From NCBI RefSeq assembly GCF_001194135.2, contig NC_068994.1, positions 18,122,370-18,159,010 of the forward strand: a stretch of DNA of 36,641 nt. Reading direction: 5' to 3'. This DNA is from Octopus bimaculoides. Lineage: Eukaryota. The position numbers were made by a program, and so were the translations under genes. Below are positions 32,301 through 36,641 of this stretch, in pieces; the first letter of the stretch is position 1; every line of letters starts with the position of its first letter. The notes beneath the pieces were generated by a model. The model ran no database searches, was not told the origin of the DNA, and saw only the letters and a program-made list of their open reading frames with translations.

Positions 32301-33829
32301 AATAAGTAAAAGGGGCATTGAAATCTCATTGTTTTCATTGCTGTCATTGTTACTGTTGTCATTATTAATGATGATGATGACAGTAGCAATGATGTCATTG
32401 ATGGGAATGACAATACAATCTTATGTGATAATTGCAGCAGAAACTGGAAAATATATTAGTTTATTGCATGTAAAACTCTCATTGAATATTCCAGGGTGGT
32501 GGATAAACTAAAGGCTGAATGGGAAAATGCTTTATTGAATATTTCACTGTATAAATCTGAAGCCAAGAAATATTACATCAGCCTTACTTCACAAAGTCAT
32601 ATCAGTCTTGATTCCTCAAGATTTGTTATTAAATGGATTTCAGCATGATTCAGAGCTTGGGGTTGAGTGAATTACTGGGTAAGCTAAAATTTTTAGAGTT
32701 TATGCCCTTGCTTATGATAATGTTCTAATTGTCCTTTGGAAATACTGCCTCCTCTTCCTCCTCCAGTTGGCCTTAATCAAACAAATCCATGATCAAAGGC
32801 ATTCAATTCATCTTATTCACAGCAATAGTGTCTCCTGATCTATATTACCCGCTATGTCTTTTTTTAAAAGATAGTAGGGTATAGTATAAAGGAGATTTTG
32901 TTGCTATTTCTTGCAGCTTTGATCATCATTATAGAGGCTCCCTTATTAGCTCGTACCTGTAGTGTTGTAATACTAGCAAATAATTATAGTGATTATTCAT
33001 TTCCACTCATTTAAAAATACTCAATATTTCTTTTCTTTGTCATAACTTACTATAGCTTCTACATATTGACCCAATGGAGCTAGTCCTCTTGTCTGGAGTG
33101 TTTCTGTATATTTTGTTGATGTAGAAGTTGTTGAAATCTATATATGCTGGTTTCTAGTTTGTTGTTGTTTAATCCTAAGTCAAAGGCCTGCTTGTAGCAA
33201 CCTTTCTGTATTTTTGTATACCTAGGGCTACATTGTCCAATATGTCCCTTTTTTTTTCAAGTAAACAGGATGCATTTTGGAGGAAATTTGGTTTCTGTTT
33301 CAAGTGTCTCTCAACTGGATATCCATTTAGCTGTTACCTTAGTTGTAAGAGATTTAAAATTACATTAATTGTTTGAAAGATAAATGTATGTAAATATCGG
33401 TTTCAGAGTAAAATAATTTACTCTATAAATATCTTTACATAGTGGCTGTATAGGAAAGTATTGGAACAGCTTGGTTGATACTTAGGGTTTAGAATGTACC
33501 TACACAAAAGCTGTAATTCATCTTGACAGTCTAGCAGAATGATAGATGAGTGGCTTCTTAAATATATGCAAAGAATTCTTTTAATTTCTTGCTAAGACAA
33601 TACCTAGTAAAACAAAAATATTGCTGAGTGTTTTATTGAATAAATTTGATGTAAAATGAATTACTACATGGTGCATTCTGTTTTGAGCATGAGAGTAGAA
33701 AATATGTAAGTTTTATGTAATAATTTAACTGTACTTTTATAGATCAGATGAAGGTCATTTAGGGATTAGTACTGGAGCTGTTTTACTTTTAAAGAAATGT
33801 GTAATGTTTTTTTCCCTCCTTTCTTGTAA

Positions 33830-34090
33830 GGTAGTTGGCATTAGGAAGGGCATCCAGCCATAAAAAAAAACATGCCAAAACAGACCTTGCAAGTGCTGTT
33901 GCCATGTCAAAAGTACCCAGTCCACTCTGTAAAGTAGTTGTCATTAAGAAGGACATCCATCTATAAAAACCATACCAAAACAGATACTGAAACCTGGTAT
34001 AGTCGTCTGGCTCACGAGTTCCTGTCAAACTGTCCAACCTGTGCCAGCATGGAATATGGATGTTAAATGAGGATGATGACGATGATGATA
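33830..34090 (+). mobile_element. Two adjacent family C fragments with GAT tail
   Basis: TTGGCATTAGGAAGGGCATCCAGCC at 33836 and a second copy at about 33940-33970. Confidence 0.72.
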
Positions 34091-34439
34091 AAGCCAGATA
34101 TTTGGGGTTAGAACTGTAGTTTCAATGCCTGACTTATGTACACGTGCTTGGATCACACATTCTGGAAAGAATGTTTATTTAGTGGGTATTATTTCATTAG
34201 ATTTATGGAAATCCAATTTTGTGCTCCTGAACTAAGTAGAAAAAAATTAGCTTGCCCAAGGTGACAACTGAATGGCTGTAGTAAGATTTGCAATTTGTTC
34301 TTGATAGACTGTCCCACCATCTTTGTACTATTTACTAACTCCTGGCAGACCACTTTGTCTGTTGCAGATTAACATTCTAAACAGATTTTTCTGTTAAATT
34401 GTCAGTTGTAGCTGTAAGAAAGTTCCTTGACAATTTATA

Positions 34440-34850
34440 AGAAGAATAACTCAGAAACCCATTTGAGGGATCGTAGCTCCTGTACTATGGGCATGTGATT
34501 AAGATGTCACAGGAAAGAATTGAAGACAAATTCTTCAAGCAGAGCCAACCAGCAGGAAACCCAGGAGTAGACTGAGAGCAAGCTGGTTGATTAAAATCCA
34601 TAGTTTCAGTTGGTCATATTTAGGAATCCAGCCAGTAAGTGTAATTATGGGTGTTTCTGATTGGACCCTATAGAGGAGGTGCCTGAAAACTCTAATCCAA
34701 CAACCACTCCCAGAAATAGTAGTAGGGGTAGAAGAGGGCGAGATGGCTTGATGGAATAACAGAAATAGCTGTACAAAGTGCTGCAAGGGTCTCAGTGGAA
34801 AGAACTGGTTATGATATTGAAACAGTGGCTGACATTGCAGCGAGATAGCT
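34440..34850 (+). mobile_element. RTE LINE 3' fragments (two adjacent)
   Basis: LLYYGHVIKMSQERI..AEP.GR.PRSRLR.SWL, then RWLDGITEI..AARVSVERTG. Confidence 0.7.
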
Positions 34851-35689
34851 TTTTAGGGAAGTTGTGCTAACTTGGCAACATAATTACAAGTATTCTTTGG
34901 AGGGTAGAGAAATTAAAACTAATTGCTGGTACAACTTCATAGTGCAGTAAACTGCCTTTCACTCTTGAAAATTGGCATAATTTAATAGCTGAATATCATG
35001 TTGCTACTACTCTGAGCTTCACATAATTCTGGCAGTGAGCAAACAGTTATAAGAAAGAACTATATTAACCTAACTAACTAGCAAGGTATCATTTTTGGAA
35101 CTTGTTATAATTTCTCTGAATGATCAGTTGCTTAATATAAATCCATAGGAATGATCTGAAGAGTGCTGAGGTCATTATTTCATTGTCTATATTTAAATCA
35201 TTTCTACCTCAAAGACATAAATAGTTTTTATGTTTTGTTTGTATTTTGCAGCCATTTGTATTAGTTTTTCATTATTCTTTAGTTGATATTTTTGAAGCTC
35301 TACAGAGGATATTTTATATAAGTTTTCTTGTTGCATAAGGCTCCTATCTCCCTTTATTTGTGGTAAATATAATCTATGTCAGATATTGTGGTGTATTCTA
35401 AATGCAGTCTGTGTGTGTGTGTGTGTAACATTTTTTTTTCTGTATTGTTTGATTCATTTACCATCCATTTAAGAATATCCTAATTGTAGCTTATTATTGG
35501 ACAGTTACAGTAGTAATGTCTATTACTTTATATTTTGTATGCAGCTCTGTTTTAAGTGTTAATCTGGATAATTTCAAATTACATGCTTAATCTATCAAGT
35601 TTTTCTCCCATAACTCTTGCATGCTTTGATTGTTCAGCTGTTTCTAAGTCAATTAGAGGTATTAAGAGGCATCCTGTTTAAGCTAAGAT

Positions 35690-35812
35690 ACAAGACAGAT
35701 GTGTTGAATATGTGAATGATATCACTATCATGCAGTTGGACATCATAGAAATGGAAGTAGTCAGGACCACACTGAAGGAATATGAGGTAGAAATTAATCA
35801 CGATAAATCAAA
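35690..35812 (+). mobile_element. L1/Tx1-like RT fragment
   Basis: VEYVNDITIM (YADD-like)..EVVRTTLKEYEVEINHDKS. Confidence 0.5.
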
Positions 35813-35815
35813 GGA

Positions 35816-35884
35816 CTGTTCACTGACAAAATTCTGTGCTGCACAAAATCCTGAGATGCAGCACAGAATTTTGTCAGTGAACAG
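35816..35884. repeat. Perfect 28-bp inverted repeat (hairpin, 13-nt loop)
   Basis: CTGTTCACTGACAAAATTCTGTGCTGCA / TGCAGCACAGAATTTTGTCAGTGAACAG, loop CAAAATCCTGAGA. Confidence 0.96.
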
Positions 35885-36003
35885 GTCGCAGTCTCAAAGC
35901 GACGAAAATATTTTGACAAATTAAATTTAAATGTTGAAGTGAATCTAACGGTTTTTGTGTGTTATTTTAAATGGCTTATAAACACCTTCCATGCTGCAAT
36001 TGT

Positions 36004-36404
36004 ATACACACACACACACACACACACACANNNNNNNNNNNNNNNNNNNNNNNNNNNNNNNNNNNNNNNNNNNNNNNNNNNNNNNNNNNNNNNNNNNNNN
36101 NNNNNNNNNNNNNNNNNNNNNNNNNNNNNNNNNNNNNNNNNNNNNNNNNNNNNNNNNNNNNNNNNNNNNNNNNNNNNNNNNNNNNNNNNNNNNNNNNNNN
36201 NNNNNNNNNNNNNNNNNNNNNNNNNNNNNNNNNNNNNNNNNNNNNNNNNNNNNNNNNNNNNNNNNNNNNNNNNNNNNNNNNNNNNNNNNNNNNNNNNNNN
36301 NNNNNNNNNNNNNNNNNNNNNNNNNNNNNNNNNNNNNNNNNNNNNNNNNNNNNNNNNNNNNNNNNNNNNNNNNNNNNNNNNNAGAGAGAGAGAGAGAGAG
36401 AGAG

Positions 36405-36461
<57 letters not shown>

Positions 36462-36525
36462 CAATACAATGTTGCAGATTACATTCAGCTGATTTTATCA
36501 ACTAGTTTTCATATATATGTTTCTG

Positions 36526-36622
<97 letters not shown>

Positions 36623-36641
36623 TTATCTATCTATCTGTCTG
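36004..36641. repeat. (CA)n, N gap, (AG)n, (GATA)n, (TATC)n/(TGTC)n microsatellites
   Basis: Directly visible. Confidence 0.95.

Overview
AT-rich, repeat-saturated eukaryotic (animal) DNA with four N-gaps, each flanked by microsatellites. The SINE/LINE families resemble those of Octopus (inference from recalled repeat families, not a database hit). Almost every ORF in the supplied track is a microsatellite, N-run or decayed-transposon artefact. I recognise one host exon, missed by the ORF track: a 129-bp phase-0 exon of an enolase-4-like gene (17473-17601, +), so most of the window is probably intronic. The rest is tRNA-derived SINEs, RTE LINE fragments, a CRE-clade fragment, Tc1, hAT and piggyBac-type elements and simple repeats. 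Highlights: (1) a head-to-head Penelope-like insertion whose 3' pseudo-LTR starts with a tRNA-like Pol III promoter and carries a minimal hammerhead ribozyme motif; (2) a near full-length U6 snRNA retrocopy fused to a SINE/LINE-type 3' tail (candidate U6-headed retroposon); (3) two isolated perfect hairpins of pre-miRNA size. Boundaries of decayed repeats are approximate (tens of bp).
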